A stretch of DNA of 64,000 nt from Halobacteriovoraceae bacterium (GCA_963719505.1 CAVRCF010000004.1:220458-284457); one strand, 5' to 3'. Shown: positions 39,969-50,405, counted from the first letter of the stretch. The notes: generated by a model not told the origin, from the sequence alone. Translations and numbers: made by a program.

Positions 39969-40970
39969 ATCTATTACTTTTGCTAATTGTTGGTTTAAAT
40001 AAAAGACTTCTCTCTCCCAGTACTGAGAGGAGTTAAAGGTTGGAAAAGCCCTTTTAAAAGATTCATCTTCATAGCGGTGACCTATCCAGCTTGAGAAGTG
40101 AATCATGCGAAGTGCCCTTAAAGTTTCGATGAGTTTAATTTCTCTGTAGTCAAATTCACGCATATCCTCATAGCCATCAAGTAGGATATTGCGTTGATTG
40201 ATTGAGTACTCATCATCACCAGGTGTTACCATCCAAATATCTTGAACGGTAGGAGCGTTGACCATATCGTCAAAGTCGATGAGAAAAGGCCTGTCGTTTG
40301 ACAATAACGTATTGCCGTGATGACAGTCACCGTGAACTCTTTGAAAATTGATTCCCTTAAAGAGGCTCTCTGACTCTTTAAAAATACTTTCAGATACGGT
40401 GGCAAAGCTTTTTTCAAAGTCTAAAGGTATAGTCTTTGAACTTATAAGATATTCTAAATTCTTTTCTCCATAGGTTTGAATATCAAGAGTAATTCTATGC
40501 TTGGCTTTTTTACTCTCACCGATATTATGAAGTCTCGCTAATAGTCTTCCCATTTGAGTTAACAAAGGTTCCGTCCATTCATCAGCCGCTCTTCCCCCTT
40601 TTTTAGGAAAAAGACAAAACCACAGGCCTTGGGAATCTTTGAAAACACTTTCACCATTAAATTTAAGGGGGGCTATTGCAGGTATTTCTTGGTCTATAAG
40701 ATCGAATAAGAACTCGTGCTCTTCAAGAATTTGCTCTTTTGACCATCGACCGGGACGATAAAACTTTATAATTTTAAAGCGGTCGCTGGGGTTTTCAAAA
40801 ACCTCATCCGTCTCTAGCTCTACTTCGTAAACTCTATTTTCCATAGAGTTCATCTGCATTACTCTGCCTGATGATTGGAGCCCTGTACTTTCAAAACTAT
40901 TGAGGACGTGATCAGGAGTTAATGTGTGAAAGTGAATTGTGTCTGCATTTCCCCAGGCACTTTGGGTCAC
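39936..40970 (-). CDS. srkA: Stress-response Ser/Thr kinase SrkA (RdoA/YihE)
   Basis: [52 protein letters not shown]...AFP. Confidence 0.95.
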   Translation of the reverse strand: MTQSAWGNADTIHFHTLTPDHVLNSFESTGLQSSGRVMQMNSMENRVYEVELETDEVFENPSDRFKIIKFYRPGRWSKEQILEEHEFLFDLIDQEIPAIAPLKFNGESVFKDSQGLWFCLFPKKGGRAADEWTEPLLTQMGRLLARLHNIGESKKAKHRITLDIQTYGEKNLEYLISSKTIPLDFEKSFATVSESIFKESESLFKGINFQRVHGDCHHGNTLLSNDRPFLIDFDDMVNAPTVQDIWMVTPGDDEYSINQRNILLDGYEDMREFDYREIKLIETLRALRMIHFSSWIGHRYEDESFKRAFPTFNSSQYWEREVFYLNQQLAKVIDNVRGAENFFG

Positions 40971-41455
40971 GCTTTACCACAACACTTTTTAAACTTCTTT
41001 CCACTTCCACAGGGGCAAGGTTCATTTCTCCCAACTTTGGGTGTCGCTCTTTTCAGGGGACCTGCTCCAACAATCTTTCCGTCACTATAAAACCATTTGT
41101 CTTCAATTTTTACAAAGTCTGAAACCTCATGGTGAATGATGTCGTTGTCTTCTTTGTCGGAGTATTTTGCCTTAAATTCAACGATTCCCGTTTTATCGTC
41201 AGCTTCTCCGCCTTTTGTATTAACGATCTCAAGACCTTTCCAGGTTGAGGTTGTCGCCCACTGCTTTGCTTCTTCTTTGTTAAAGTCGACCGTTCCAGGC
41301 TTGTGGGAGTCAGCGATAAAATCTATTTTATTTTTACAAAATGCACTGTAGCGTGCTCTCATTAATTTTTCAGCCGTTTCTGGATTTTTACCTTCGTGAT
41401 ATTGACCACAACATGCTTCGTATTCTTTTTCACTCTGACAAGGACATAGCGACAT
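40967..41455 (-). CDS. ychJ: YchJ-family SEC-C motif protein
   Basis: [49 protein letters not shown]. Confidence 0.93.
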   Translation of the reverse strand: MSLCPCQSEKEYEACCGQYHEGKNPETAEKLMRARYSAFCKNKIDFIADSHKPGTVDFNKEEAKQWATTSTWKGLEIVNTKGGEADDKTGIVEFKAKYSDKEDNDIIHHEVSDFVKIEDKWFYSDGKIVGAGPLKRATPKVGRNEPCPCGSGKKFKKCCGKA

Positions 41456-41466
41456 AGAGTTTTCCT

Positions 41467-42696
41467 TTATTTTAATTTTAACGGATAAGACTTGTTAATC
41501 TGTTTTCCGTTAATCGATTTTATTTTAATTGTTCCGCTTTGATTTGTTGGTTTAAGTTCTTGAGAGGAGATATCAATTGTTCCTTGGTAATCTGCTTCAA
41601 ACGAGACTGTATTTTTTGAACCAATAGCAGAGCCATTTTTCATATTTAATTTTACAACCGGTTTCATGCCATAGTCTAACTTTATAAGAAAGTTGAATTG
41701 AACTTTATTGAACTCAGGCACATTTCTAACATCAAGCTTAACCGGAAAAAGGACTCCTTTTTTAGGTGTATAACTTCCTTTTAGGTCACATTTATCAGTG
41801 TATTCAAGTTTTTCAGTAAAAGAGTTTCCAGAAAGCAAAAGAACAAGCCACTTCGCTTTGTCAAAAGGACAAGAGTCAATCTTAGCTTTGATTTTCTGCG
41901 TTTTTACAGACGCGATGAAGCTTCTGATAAAGTCAGCACTTGCATCAGCTGCGGCATTTTGTTCTTTAGTGATAGCGGAAGCATTGGTTACCACGAGGGC
42001 AAATATTAGAACTTTAAGCATTTTCATTCTTTTTGGGTTGAGTTGAGGGTTAATTTCAATAAACTTAAAGACACCACCACCGATGGCCTTAATAGTGAAG
42101 TTTTCTTTTTTCAATTTTCTTCTAAGGTTATAGATATGAACGTCCAGAGTATTGGGGTGAATGGTAACGTTTTTCCAGATAATATTCACGATATCGCTTC
42201 TATGAAGGGACTTCTCTTTGTTGGCATTAAAGCTTTCAATGATTCTGACTTCTTTATTTGTAAAAGCATCAAGGTTTAAATTAAGAGCTTCTAGAGATTT
42301 TGAGATCTCTTGATTTTGATCTTCTATCGTTTTGAGATGACGTTCAACCTTTGCAAGTGTTTCATTGTAGTTAAATGGTTTTAAAAGATAATCGATAGCA
42401 CCGGCTTCAAAAGCTGTTCTTATCGTTTCGATATCATCAGATGAGGAAATAACGAGATAGGGGGTATTGAGTGTGATATCTGAATCATTTAGGAGTTTTA
42501 TAAAATGTCCATCTTTCAACATAATATCGGCGATGATTAACTCGGGAAGTTGATCATCCTTGAGTCTTACATATTCACTTTTAAATTCATCGAAAGCCTC
42601 AAAAAAAGTAATTGAATAAATTTCTTCATCAAAAATATTTTGATAAACCGGTTGGAGGTCCACCATATCTTCAATAATCCATAATGTTCTTTTCAT
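41467..42696 (-). CDS. OmpR-like response regulator read in frame into a signal-peptide-bearing hypothetical protein (possibly two genes)
   Basis: REC (IIED, DIML, DYLLKPF) plus wHTH ([14 protein letters not shown]), then [18 protein letters not shown] at ~42027 and a ~180-aa unrelated domain. Confidence 0.75.
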   Translation of the reverse strand: MKRTLWIIEDMVDLQPVYQNIFDEEIYSITFFEAFDEFKSEYVRLKDDQLPELIIADIMLKDGHFIKLLNDSDITLNTPYLVISSSDDIETIRTAFEAGAIDYLLKPFNYNETLAKVERHLKTIEDQNQEISKSLEALNLNLDAFTNKEVRIIESFNANKEKSLHRSDIVNIIWKNVTIHPNTLDVHIYNLRRKLKKENFTIKAIGGGVFKFIEINPQLNPKRMKMLKVLIFALVVTNASAITKEQNAAADASADFIRSFIASVKTQKIKAKIDSCPFDKAKWLVLLLSGNSFTEKLEYTDKCDLKGSYTPKKGVLFPVKLDVRNVPEFNKVQFNFLIKLDYGMKPVVKLNMKNGSAIGSKNTVSFEADYQGTIDISSQELKPTNQSGTIKIKSINGKQINKSYPLKLK

Positions 42697-42718
42697 CTTT
42701 GTTCCTCGTTAGCAATTT

Positions 42719-43315
42719 CTATTCAGTGGCTGGTGGAGTTATAAAATTTAATTCATTTAATACATTTGCGAGTTCAATTAGAGGCAGCCCTACTATTGCG
42801 CTGTGATCAGTGGTTTCGATCTTTTCAAACAGACTGATTCCGTGGAGCTCAAGTTTGTAACTGCCAGCACAGTCATAGGGTTCATCTTTATTGATATAGT
42901 GCTCAAGTTGAGAGTCACTTAATTGTCTCATTGTCAGCGTCGTTATATTTGTTTTCGTGATAGATTTTCCCTTAAAGAATACAGTGAAGCTTGTAACGAG
43001 TCTATGCTCCTTTCCATTAAGAAACCTTAATTGTTTGAGCGCGTTATCAAAATTTTTGGGTTTGCTAAGAAAGAGGCCTTCACATTCAGCCAACTGATCG
43101 GATCCTATTACAATCGATTCAGGATATTTCGTTGCAATGGCTTTGGCTTTCTCTAATCCTAGTCGCTGTGCTAACTCAATGGGATCTTTTATGATTGCTT
43201 TAAACTGGTCTTCATCTACCATCGGAGCAAGGCATTCAAACTTATGACCAAGCCTCAAAAGAAGCTCTTTGCGATACTTTGATGTACTTGCTAGAATCAG
43301 ATTTTTCATACACAA
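42719..43315 (-). CDS. maf: Maf-family nucleotide pyrophosphatase (YceF-like)
   Basis: LILASTSKYR, IVIGSDQ, SKP, PYDCAGSYK, GLP. Confidence 0.92.
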   Translation of the reverse strand: MCMKNLILASTSKYRKELLLRLGHKFECLAPMVDEDQFKAIIKDPIELAQRLGLEKAKAIATKYPESIVIGSDQLAECEGLFLSKPKNFDNALKQLRFLNGKEHRLVTSFTVFFKGKSITKTNITTLTMRQLSDSQLEHYINKDEPYDCAGSYKLELHGISLFEKIETTDHSAIVGLPLIELANVLNELNFITPPATE

Positions 43316-43338
43316 AATTGTAAATCAAAGAGGCATCC

Positions 43339-43866
43339 ATGGCAATTTTTCGCTTTAAAAACTTTACTCCACAAATTCAAGATTCTTGTTTTGTGGCTCC
43401 AGGAGCTCACTGTATTGGTCATATTATTTTAGAAGAAAATGTAAGTGTTTGGCACAACTGTGTTCTTAGAGGGGATGTCAATCAAATCTCCATCGGGGCG
43501 AATTCTAATATTCAAGATCTGTCGATGCTTCATGTGACAGAAAAGCTTAAACTCACAGTCGGTCGAAATGTAACAGTTGGACATAGCGTTACACTCCATG
43601 GCTGTGAAATTGGAGATCATTCTTTGATAGGAATGGGGGCAACAGTTCTAGATGATGCAAAGATTGGAGAGTATTGCATCGTCGCTGCCGGAAGTGTGGT
43701 TACGCCAGGAAAAGTTTTTCCAGCAAAGAAAATGATTATGGGAGCTCCGGCGAAAGTTGTGCGCGATCTTACTGACAAAGAAATACACATGCTCAATCTT
43801 CATTACAAGTCCTATGTGGGCTATGCTAAAGAATTTAAGGATGCTAAAATCGTCGAGCAGCTATAG
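43339..43866 (+). CDS. Gamma carbonic anhydrase family protein
   Basis: Hexapeptide repeats; LRGD, NIQD, and three His (LHV, GHS, LHG). Confidence 0.93.
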   Translation: MAIFRFKNFTPQIQDSCFVAPGAHCIGHIILEENVSVWHNCVLRGDVNQISIGANSNIQDLSMLHVTEKLKLTVGRNVTVGHSVTLHGCEIGDHSLIGMGATVLDDAKIGEYCIVAAGSVVTPGKVFPAKKMIMGAPAKVVRDLTDKEIHMLNLHYKSYVGYAKEFKDAKIVEQL

Positions 43867-45783
43867 GTCGTCTAGGTATGTGTAGCCGTGAATAACGGCT
43901 TCATAGAAGTCATTTAAGGCCACTCCAACTCTTGGCTTAATATTTCCAGACTTTATCTTTTTATCGATTTCACCTTTAATTTTTAAACACATCATCTCTG
44001 GTGAATACTGCATAATATTGAGAACATCAGCGGCAGAATGTCCATGAATGACTTCTTCTATGTAAAATCCACTTTCATCTTCAAGATCGGTGTAGACGTG
44101 AACTTCATTCAGTCTACCAAAGAGGTTGTGCATATCTCCCATAATATCTTGGTAGGCACCAGTGAGAAAAAGTCCTATGGGGTAGCTTTCGCCTTTTTTA
44201 ATTTCGTGAAGTGGGAGAGTTGAGCAATTACCTGAAGGGGACAAAAAGTTATTTATCTTTCCATCTGAATCACAGGTAATGTCTGCTATTGTCGTCTCTT
44301 TGGTGGGTCTCTCATCGAGACGTCTTAGAGGAACAACGGGAAGAATTTGGTTTATCGCCCAAGAGTCAGGTGCAGATTGGAAAACACTAAAGTTACAGAG
44401 ATATTTAGAGGCCAGAGTATACTTTAGTTTTTTTATTTCACTTGGAACGTATTTTTCATTCTCTGTCATTGAGATAATCTGATGATTGATATTCCAAAAA
44501 AGTGTTTCTACTTTACTGCGTTGTTTTAAATCAATAATACCAAGCTTATAAGCTGAGATCGCTTCATCCTTCAAGATACAAGCATCGTTATAAACATCTT
44601 GAAAGTTAGCATGGTTTAATTCTTTGAGAAGAAGTTTGATGTTTCTTAAAATGAGATGGTCAGCCTCATCGCTTGTCAGATCAACGTCTTTACTTTTTGC
44701 CAGATCAACACTTCCAAAGACATTGGTGACAACACATGAGTGATGGGCACAAACAGCGCGCCCTGTTTCAGTCACAATATTAGGATGATCAACCTTTGCA
44801 TCATCGCAAATATCTCTGAGGATATAAACGACATCTCCAATATAGTCTTGAAGGGTGTAGTTCGTTGAAGACGAACAATTTGAGCGTGAGCCATCATAGT
44901 TTAATCCAACGCCGCCTCCAGCATCGAAAAACTTTATAGGTGCTCCCAACTTAACAAGATCTGTATAGATTCTTGCCCCTTCAGTTAGGTTCTCTTTGAT
45001 CGTTCTAATATCTGGTATCTGACTTCCAATATGAAAGTGAAAAAGTTCAAGGAGGTGGAGCTTTTTATTATTTTCAAGGATCCCGACAAGCTCTAAAATT
45101 TCTGTGATGGAGAGGCCAAACTTTGCCCCTTCACCAGCAGACTCTGCCCATTTCCCCGCACTTTTAGAACCAAGCTTTGAGCGAACTCCAATCTTGACTT
45201 CAACGCCCATTTTGTCGATCACTTCCATCAGAAGATGAACTTCCGAGAGTTTTTCAATAACGACAACACATTTTTTTCCAATTTGTGTTCCAAGGGCAGC
45301 CAACTGCATAAACTCACGGTCTTTGTAACCATTGAGAACGGTAAGAGAATTGGGATTATCATTATAGGCCAAGACTGTGAGAAGCTCTGCTTTACTTCCG
45401 GCTTCAAGTCCATAGTTGTAATTCATTCCCACATCAGTAATTTCTTCAACGACTTCTCTTAGTTGATTAACCTTTATAGGAAAGACGCCAAAATACTGGC
45501 CTTTAAAGCCGGCGCTGGCAATCGTAGAATTAAAAGATTCGTTGAGTGTTTTAACTTGTGATCTCAAGATATCGTGAAAACGAATAACGGCAGGAAATTG
45601 AATTCCTTCTTTTTTCATCTCATCAATAATCTTAATGAGACTTATGCTTCCAAGAGCTTGATCTTTTTCAGGCACAGCTACAACTTCACCGCTTGAGTTG
45701 ACAGAGAAATAACCCTCGCTCCAGCGATCAATTTGGTAAGTGTGAATAGCTTCGTCAATAGACCAGTTCTTTGATTTGTTCAT
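43861..45783 (-). CDS. speA: Biosynthetic arginine decarboxylase
   Basis: FPIKVNQ, GLEAGSKAEL, HFHIGSQI, YDGS, NFSVFQSAPDSWAI, DITCDSDG, GAYQDIMGDMHNLFG. Confidence 0.97.
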   Translation of the reverse strand: MNKSKNWSIDEAIHTYQIDRWSEGYFSVNSSGEVVAVPEKDQALGSISLIKIIDEMKKEGIQFPAVIRFHDILRSQVKTLNESFNSTIASAGFKGQYFGVFPIKVNQLREVVEEITDVGMNYNYGLEAGSKAELLTVLAYNDNPNSLTVLNGYKDREFMQLAALGTQIGKKCVVVIEKLSEVHLLMEVIDKMGVEVKIGVRSKLGSKSAGKWAESAGEGAKFGLSITEILELVGILENNKKLHLLELFHFHIGSQIPDIRTIKENLTEGARIYTDLVKLGAPIKFFDAGGGVGLNYDGSRSNCSSSTNYTLQDYIGDVVYILRDICDDAKVDHPNIVTETGRAVCAHHSCVVTNVFGSVDLAKSKDVDLTSDEADHLILRNIKLLLKELNHANFQDVYNDACILKDEAISAYKLGIIDLKQRSKVETLFWNINHQIISMTENEKYVPSEIKKLKYTLASKYLCNFSVFQSAPDSWAINQILPVVPLRRLDERPTKETTIADITCDSDGKINNFLSPSGNCSTLPLHEIKKGESYPIGLFLTGAYQDIMGDMHNLFGRLNEVHVYTDLEDESGFYIEEVIHGHSAADVLNIMQYSPEMMCLKIKGEIDKKIKSGNIKPRVGVALNDFYEAVIHGYTYLDDL

Positions 45784-45819
45784 AGTTGTTCCGTTTTGCG
45801 TTTCTGTTGAACAACTATA
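45781..45819 (-). promoter_or_regulatory. Leader hairpin covering the speA start codon
   Basis: ATAGTTGTTC (45782-45791) and GAACAACTAT (45809-45818) are perfect complements; the stem includes the AUG. Confidence 0.55.
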
Positions 45820-45864
45820 GGTCTTTTCACAACAAATGTGAAAATAAAATAAAGCTAGACAGTA

Positions 45865-45893
45865 AAAAGTATCAGAATAAGGCTGATACTTTT
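45865..45893. terminator. Terminator-like hairpin after the 52-aa lipoprotein gene
   Basis: AAAAGTATCAG-aataagg-CTGATACTTTT. Confidence 0.7.
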
Positions 45894-45906
45894 AAGAGCT
45901 TAATTT

Positions 45907-46065
45907 TTAAAAATCTTGATCTAGTCGCTTGATCGCTCCGGGAGAGTGACCTGACATGTTTTCAAAACTCAAATTTTGGTCCGTTCTACCGTCGAGAGTT
46001 TCAACTTGGCTTGTGCTTGCACAACTGGCAACGAACAAACAAGATAGGATTAAAAGTAATTTCAT
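45907..46065 (-). CDS. Small lipoprotein MKLLLILSCLFVASCASTSQVETLDGRTDQNLSFENMSGHSPGAIKRLDQDF (52 aa), not in the ORF track
   Basis: AGGAGG RBS, lipobox VASC, upstream sigma54-like site, downstream terminator. Confidence 0.8.
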   Translation of the reverse strand: MKLLLILSCLFVASCASTSQVETLDGRTDQNLSFENMSGHSPGAIKRLDQDF

Positions 46066-46129
46066 CACAAAAACCTCCTGTTAAATTTACGTCCGATGAT
46101 CCCTTCCATAAGATCTACACCTTATAAGA

Positions 46130-46145
46130 TGCGAATCTTATGCCA
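46130..46145 (-). promoter_or_regulatory. Sigma54 (-24/-12) promoter candidate
   Basis: TGGCATAAGATTCGCA = GG-N10-GC. Confidence 0.55.
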
Positions 46146-46244
46146 AGTTCATTATAGCATATTCGGGGGTTAACAGTGGATTATCGGCTTTTTCAGTGCC
46201 ATCTTAGCTTTTAGTCGAACCGATGTCAGGGTCAAAATGCACGA

Positions 46245-46667
46245 TTACTTTACTAGTAAACTGTAGTAATGCCTTTGTTCATCGATAGTTAAAGGCTTTA
46301 CTGCAGACTTTTGCTTTTTAATTCCTTTAGTTCTTATGACTTGATCCATAAGCCTGAGCTTTTGAGTCATGCTTCGTGCAGTTTTTAATAACCAATCGGG
46401 AAATTGAGACTTTAAGGCAGAGTCGGGAATTTTTATTAAGGTGCTTGGCTCCAGCGCTATAACATCTGCTGATCTATCTAGGCCATCGAAAAAAGAGAAC
46501 TCCCCAAAGTAGTCACCTGGCTCCAAATAGGCCAGAGCGGTGACCATAGAGTTATTTCTGGAACAGATGAGAAGCTTTCCTGAAACTAATTTAAAGAGGT
46601 CTCTACTTTTTTGACCCTCTAAGCAAATGACTTGATCTTTGATGGCCTTCACTAATAATTCACTCAT
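46245..46667 (-). CDS. Stand-alone cyclic-nucleotide-binding (Crp-like) domain protein
   Basis: PGDYFGEFSF...RSADVIA phosphate-binding cassette; no HTH. Confidence 0.85.
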   Translation of the reverse strand: MSELLVKAIKDQVICLEGQKSRDLFKLVSGKLLICSRNNSMVTALAYLEPGDYFGEFSFFDGLDRSADVIALEPSTLIKIPDSALKSQFPDWLLKTARSMTQKLRLMDQVIRTKGIKKQKSAVKPLTIDEQRHYYSLLVK

Positions 46668-46675
46668 TGCCTTCC

Positions 46676-47797
46676 TTAAAGTTTTAATAAACTCTTAATT
46701 TTATCTGACAAAATTTTTGCTACTTTTTCTATGTAGAGATTTTGCGGGTAAATATTATCGGAGAAGACGGTGTTCACTTCTTTCTCTTTCACTAAGAATC
46801 TATCAAAGTCAAAAAGAACAACTTCGTTTTCTCTGGCCACCTTTTTGATGATGACATTATGAACAGGAGTTCCTCTCCACTGTTCGCAGTCAAGAGAGAT
46901 ACCCATCTCTAGGCTTCTTTGGCTCTCTCTTTGATGCCCAAGACTTTCGGCGACCTGTCCATGGATATAGAAAATCTTTGCATTATTATTTGCAATCAAA
47001 ATGAGATCTTTAGTAATGCTATAAGCTTTTTTAAAGTCTTTTATTTTTATAAGTTCCACAGCCTCGTCAATGCGTTTGGATGTGAACTCATCTAAAGAGC
47101 CATCACAAGACTTTCTTGGGGGCGTATCATAGTTAAGAGGAGTCGTCAGTGCGAACACATAACTTCCTCGATCTTTTAAATATGAAAAGAGCTCACGCAG
47201 TTCTTCTTCAAAGATTTTAAACCCTATTATTTTTCTTTTAAGAATAATGGTGTCTGTATAGTCCGTGTCATCTTTGACAACTTTTTGGTCAAAGACCCTG
47301 TAGGTAACAGGCTCATAGATGAGTTTTGAAAGGTAAGGGAAGATGATAAGAAGTGTTTTTACGCGATCATCCGAGAAGAGTTTTAAATTATTTTCAATCG
47401 TCTCAAGGTCTCGACTCAAAAATTTTTTCTCATAAAATTCTTCACTTGCACCTAGATAAATGGTGATTAAGGGCAGCTTATTTAGTCGTTTAATTTTTTG
47501 CACAGTTCTGTGAAGCGCTTCGCCTTTTTGTGCCAACGAAAGTATTTTCACTTTTTTAGTGAGGTTGATCGATATCTTTTCTTCGAGATAGTTTTTTACA
47601 CTTGCCAGTTTAAAGCCCATTCGGTCGCCAATGATGAGAATGGGGATACTTTCACTGTCAATTTGGGTGTCTAGACTTGGAGCAAATTTATAGGGAAAAG
47701 GAATAAGTGAGACTGGATTTTTGGTTATCCTTTCATAGGTAAAAACACCCGCGGCGCCAAAAATTGTAATAAGAATTAAAAACAGTACTTTTTTCAC
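46676..47797 (-). CDS. Hypothetical membrane-anchored protein (possible SGNH-like fold with a TPR insert)
   Basis: N-terminal TM; LIIGD near the N-terminus, DNIYP near the C-terminus, and a TPR-like helix pair. Confidence 0.55.
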   Translation of the reverse strand: MKKVLFLILITIFGAAGVFTYERITKNPVSLIPFPYKFAPSLDTQIDSESIPILIIGDRMGFKLASVKNYLEEKISINLTKKVKILSLAQKGEALHRTVQKIKRLNKLPLITIYLGASEEFYEKKFLSRDLETIENNLKLFSDDRVKTLLIIFPYLSKLIYEPVTYRVFDQKVVKDDTDYTDTIILKRKIIGFKIFEEELRELFSYLKDRGSYVFALTTPLNYDTPPRKSCDGSLDEFTSKRIDEAVELIKIKDFKKAYSITKDLILIANNNAKIFYIHGQVAESLGHQRESQRSLEMGISLDCEQWRGTPVHNVIIKKVARENEVVLFDFDRFLVKEKEVNTVFSDNIYPQNLYIEKVAKILSDKIKSLLKL

Positions 47798-47903
47798 ATA
47801 TTTCCTAAAAAAATCAAGGTTTTAGATATTTACAGTTTAACTTATTATAAAGTTTTGGTAAATCAAGGGCATCAATTACTTAAGTGTTTATAAGGAAGGT
47901 TTT

Positions 47904-49112
47904 GTGTCACGATTCACACCAGAGCTACTTGCTCCTGCCGGTAGCCTAGATAAGTTAAAAGTTGCCATCAGCTATGGTGCTAACGCCGTCTATTTGGGAG
48001 GATTAAAATTTGGCCTGCGCTCTGCAGCAGAGAATTTCACCCAAGAAGAACTTACTGAGGGTGTTGAGTTTGCTCATGCAAAAGATGCAAAGGTTTACGT
48101 CGTTCTCAATGGCTTTTTACACGATAATGATTTGGATGAGCTTCCAGAATTTGTAGAGTTTTTGGATTCGATAAAAATTGATGCCGTTATCGTTTCAGAT
48201 TTAGGTGTTATTAAAACTGTTCTTGAAAATTCTTCGATACCTGTTCACCTGTCTACTCAGGCAAGTTGTTTAAATACAAGTGCCGCTAAACTTTGGAAAA
48301 AAATGGGAGTGGAGAGAATCGTTGTCGGACGAGAAACATCCATTGCTGAAGCTGGAAAAATTAAAAGAGAAGCGGGAATTGAAGTTGAGATGTTTGTGCA
48401 CGGTTCAATGTGCATGGCCTATTCGGGAAATTGTACAATTTCAAACTTCACCCAAGGTAGAGATTCAAATAGGGGCGGATGTGCTCATAGCTGTCGCTTC
48501 GAATACAGTATCGATTTTGACCACCTCGATTCGACGCAAAAGAAAAACGCCTACTTTATGAGTTCAACAGATCTCAATGGAATAAAAGTCTTACCTGAAT
48601 ATATTGACCAGCAAATAGATTCTATTAAAGTTGAAGGACGCATGAAGTCTCATCTCTACGCGGGAACCATTTCTAAAACCTATTCTGAAGCTCTCAACTA
48701 TTATAAAGAGCATGGAGATTTTCTATCCGATAGTTTAAAAACTTGGGATAATGAACTCAAAAAGGTTACCCATAGAACTTATGCACAGGCCAATCTTATT
48801 GATATCGCTGGTGATGAAACTATTTTTAATGAAAGAGAAGTTTCAACGGAAAACGACTACGTTCTCGTCGGTCGTGTTATCGATGTGAATCCAGGAGACT
48901 CAATTATCATTGAAGTGCGAAATGCATGGAATAGTGGTGAAGAGCTGGAGATTCTGCCATTTAAAGGTGATCCGATCCTTTTTAACGCGACAAAATTTTC
49001 GACACTTCTAGGAGAAGAATTAACGAGAACAAAGCCCACAAGTCTTGTCAAAATTCCCTTCTTTGAAAATGTAGAAATAAATAATATTTTAAGAAAAAGA
49101 GTCCTGCAGTGA
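47904..49112 (+). CDS. U32-family protein (TrhP/YegQ-like tRNA hydroxylation, Fe-S)
   Basis: ELLAPAG, HLSTQ, HGSMCMAYSGNC, NRGGCAHSCR, KVEGRMKS. Confidence 0.92.
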   Translation: MSRFTPELLAPAGSLDKLKVAISYGANAVYLGGLKFGLRSAAENFTQEELTEGVEFAHAKDAKVYVVLNGFLHDNDLDELPEFVEFLDSIKIDAVIVSDLGVIKTVLENSSIPVHLSTQASCLNTSAAKLWKKMGVERIVVGRETSIAEAGKIKREAGIEVEMFVHGSMCMAYSGNCTISNFTQGRDSNRGGCAHSCRFEYSIDFDHLDSTQKKNAYFMSSTDLNGIKVLPEYIDQQIDSIKVEGRMKSHLYAGTISKTYSEALNYYKEHGDFLSDSLKTWDNELKKVTHRTYAQANLIDIAGDETIFNEREVSTENDYVLVGRVIDVNPGDSIIIEVRNAWNSGEELEILPFKGDPILFNATKFSTLLGEELTRTKPTSLVKIPFFENVEINNILRKRVLQ

Positions 49113-50263
49113 AATCGATTTTTTATTATTCAGACGATTTAGATTTATCTCTTTTTAGTAAAGGCTCTGAGTTTATTTTAGAGCACGCACAGCTGTCTCG
49201 CTTTGGACAAATGGATACCTCTCAGATTAATCACGCTGCAGCTTTATTGAAAGACAGTGGATTCAATGTCTCTTTAGAGTGGGATATTCTGATGTCCGAG
49301 ACTCTGTTTGATAAAAAAATAGATGTTCTTAAGGCAATAGATCTTTCTCATTTTGACTCTATAAGAGCACAAGACCCAGGAGCGATTGAGTTTGTTCTGA
49401 ATCACCTTGAATGTCATCTCTCTTTAATTCTTGAAACAGGTAATCACAATCTAGTCGGTATCAAAAACTGGATTGCCCACTGTCAGGGAAGAGTAGATAG
49501 AGTGATTTTAAGTGTAGAGTTGGATAAAAAGACACTTAGTCATTACAGCCAAAATCTAGAGACTCCTGTAGAGTTTTTAGGACTTGGAAGAATTCTCATT
49601 TTTTATACCCCAAGAAATCTCCTTTCAGCTCTTTTACCCGAAGACGATGAAAAGAAGAAGGTGAGACTTATTTCCAATGAGTTTCTAACGGCGACAGGGG
49701 AGAGTGAAGAATCTCCTCATAAAGGTTTTCCTTTAGTTGAAAATAGACATGGGACTTTTATGTTTCATATTAAAAGGCTGAACCTTCTGGATTCCCTCAA
49801 AGATCTTGAGGATTGTGGAATCTCTTTTGTCAGAGTTGATACCCGCTTTGATGAAAAGAATCATCTTGATCTCATTTTAAAAACCTTTGAATCAAAAGAT
49901 GCATCTGAATTTAAAGCGGCTTATGGCTTTGACAGCATCAGAGGATATTTTAATATCAATAAGACAGATGTTCTTTTTAAAAAGTTAAAAAATTCCCGCC
50001 TGCAAAGAAAAGATGAATCTTATATAGGTGAAGTTCTTGAAACGAATAAAGGCAATTATATGGCCATTATCGTGAAGAAAAACACCTTGAGTCTTGGTGA
50101 TGAATTAAAGTTTGTAACCCCAGAGGGCAAAGAGATGAGCTGCAAGGTGTTTGAACTAAAAAACTCTAAAGGTGAATCTATTGAAAAGTCTAGTAAAGGT
50201 GAACTTTGTTTGATGAATTACTTTGGAAGTGTTTGGCCTAAATCTCAAGTCTATTTAAAATAA
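49109..50263 (+). CDS. Second, degenerate U32-family subunit lacking the Cys cluster
   Basis: GTGA overlap with the upstream U32 gene; QDPGA, FYTPRNLL, ENRHGTFMF; C-terminal beta-barrel. Confidence 0.75.
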   Translation: MKSIFYYSDDLDLSLFSKGSEFILEHAQLSRFGQMDTSQINHAAALLKDSGFNVSLEWDILMSETLFDKKIDVLKAIDLSHFDSIRAQDPGAIEFVLNHLECHLSLILETGNHNLVGIKNWIAHCQGRVDRVILSVELDKKTLSHYSQNLETPVEFLGLGRILIFYTPRNLLSALLPEDDEKKKVRLISNEFLTATGESEESPHKGFPLVENRHGTFMFHIKRLNLLDSLKDLEDCGISFVRVDTRFDEKNHLDLILKTFESKDASEFKAAYGFDSIRGYFNINKTDVLFKKLKNSRLQRKDESYIGEVLETNKGNYMAIIVKKNTLSLGDELKFVTPEGKEMSCKVFELKNSKGESIEKSSKGELCLMNYFGSVWPKSQVYLK

Positions 50264-50279
50264 GTTTTCATTTTTAAGC

Positions 50280-50317
50280 AAAAAAAAAGCGTGGACAAAG
50301 AGCTTAAGTCCACGCTT
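50280..50317 (-). terminator. Rho-independent terminator of the 50406-50957 gene
   Basis: AAGCGTGGAC...GTCCACGCTT with a 9-nt U-tract on the minus strand. Confidence 0.75.
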
Positions 50318-50405
50318 CTTAGAGAGAGAGCATCAGTACTCCTTACACTTTTTCAAGGTTCGAAGCACAGATGTGAGATTGTATTAGTTAAACGTTTTTT
50401 ACTGA

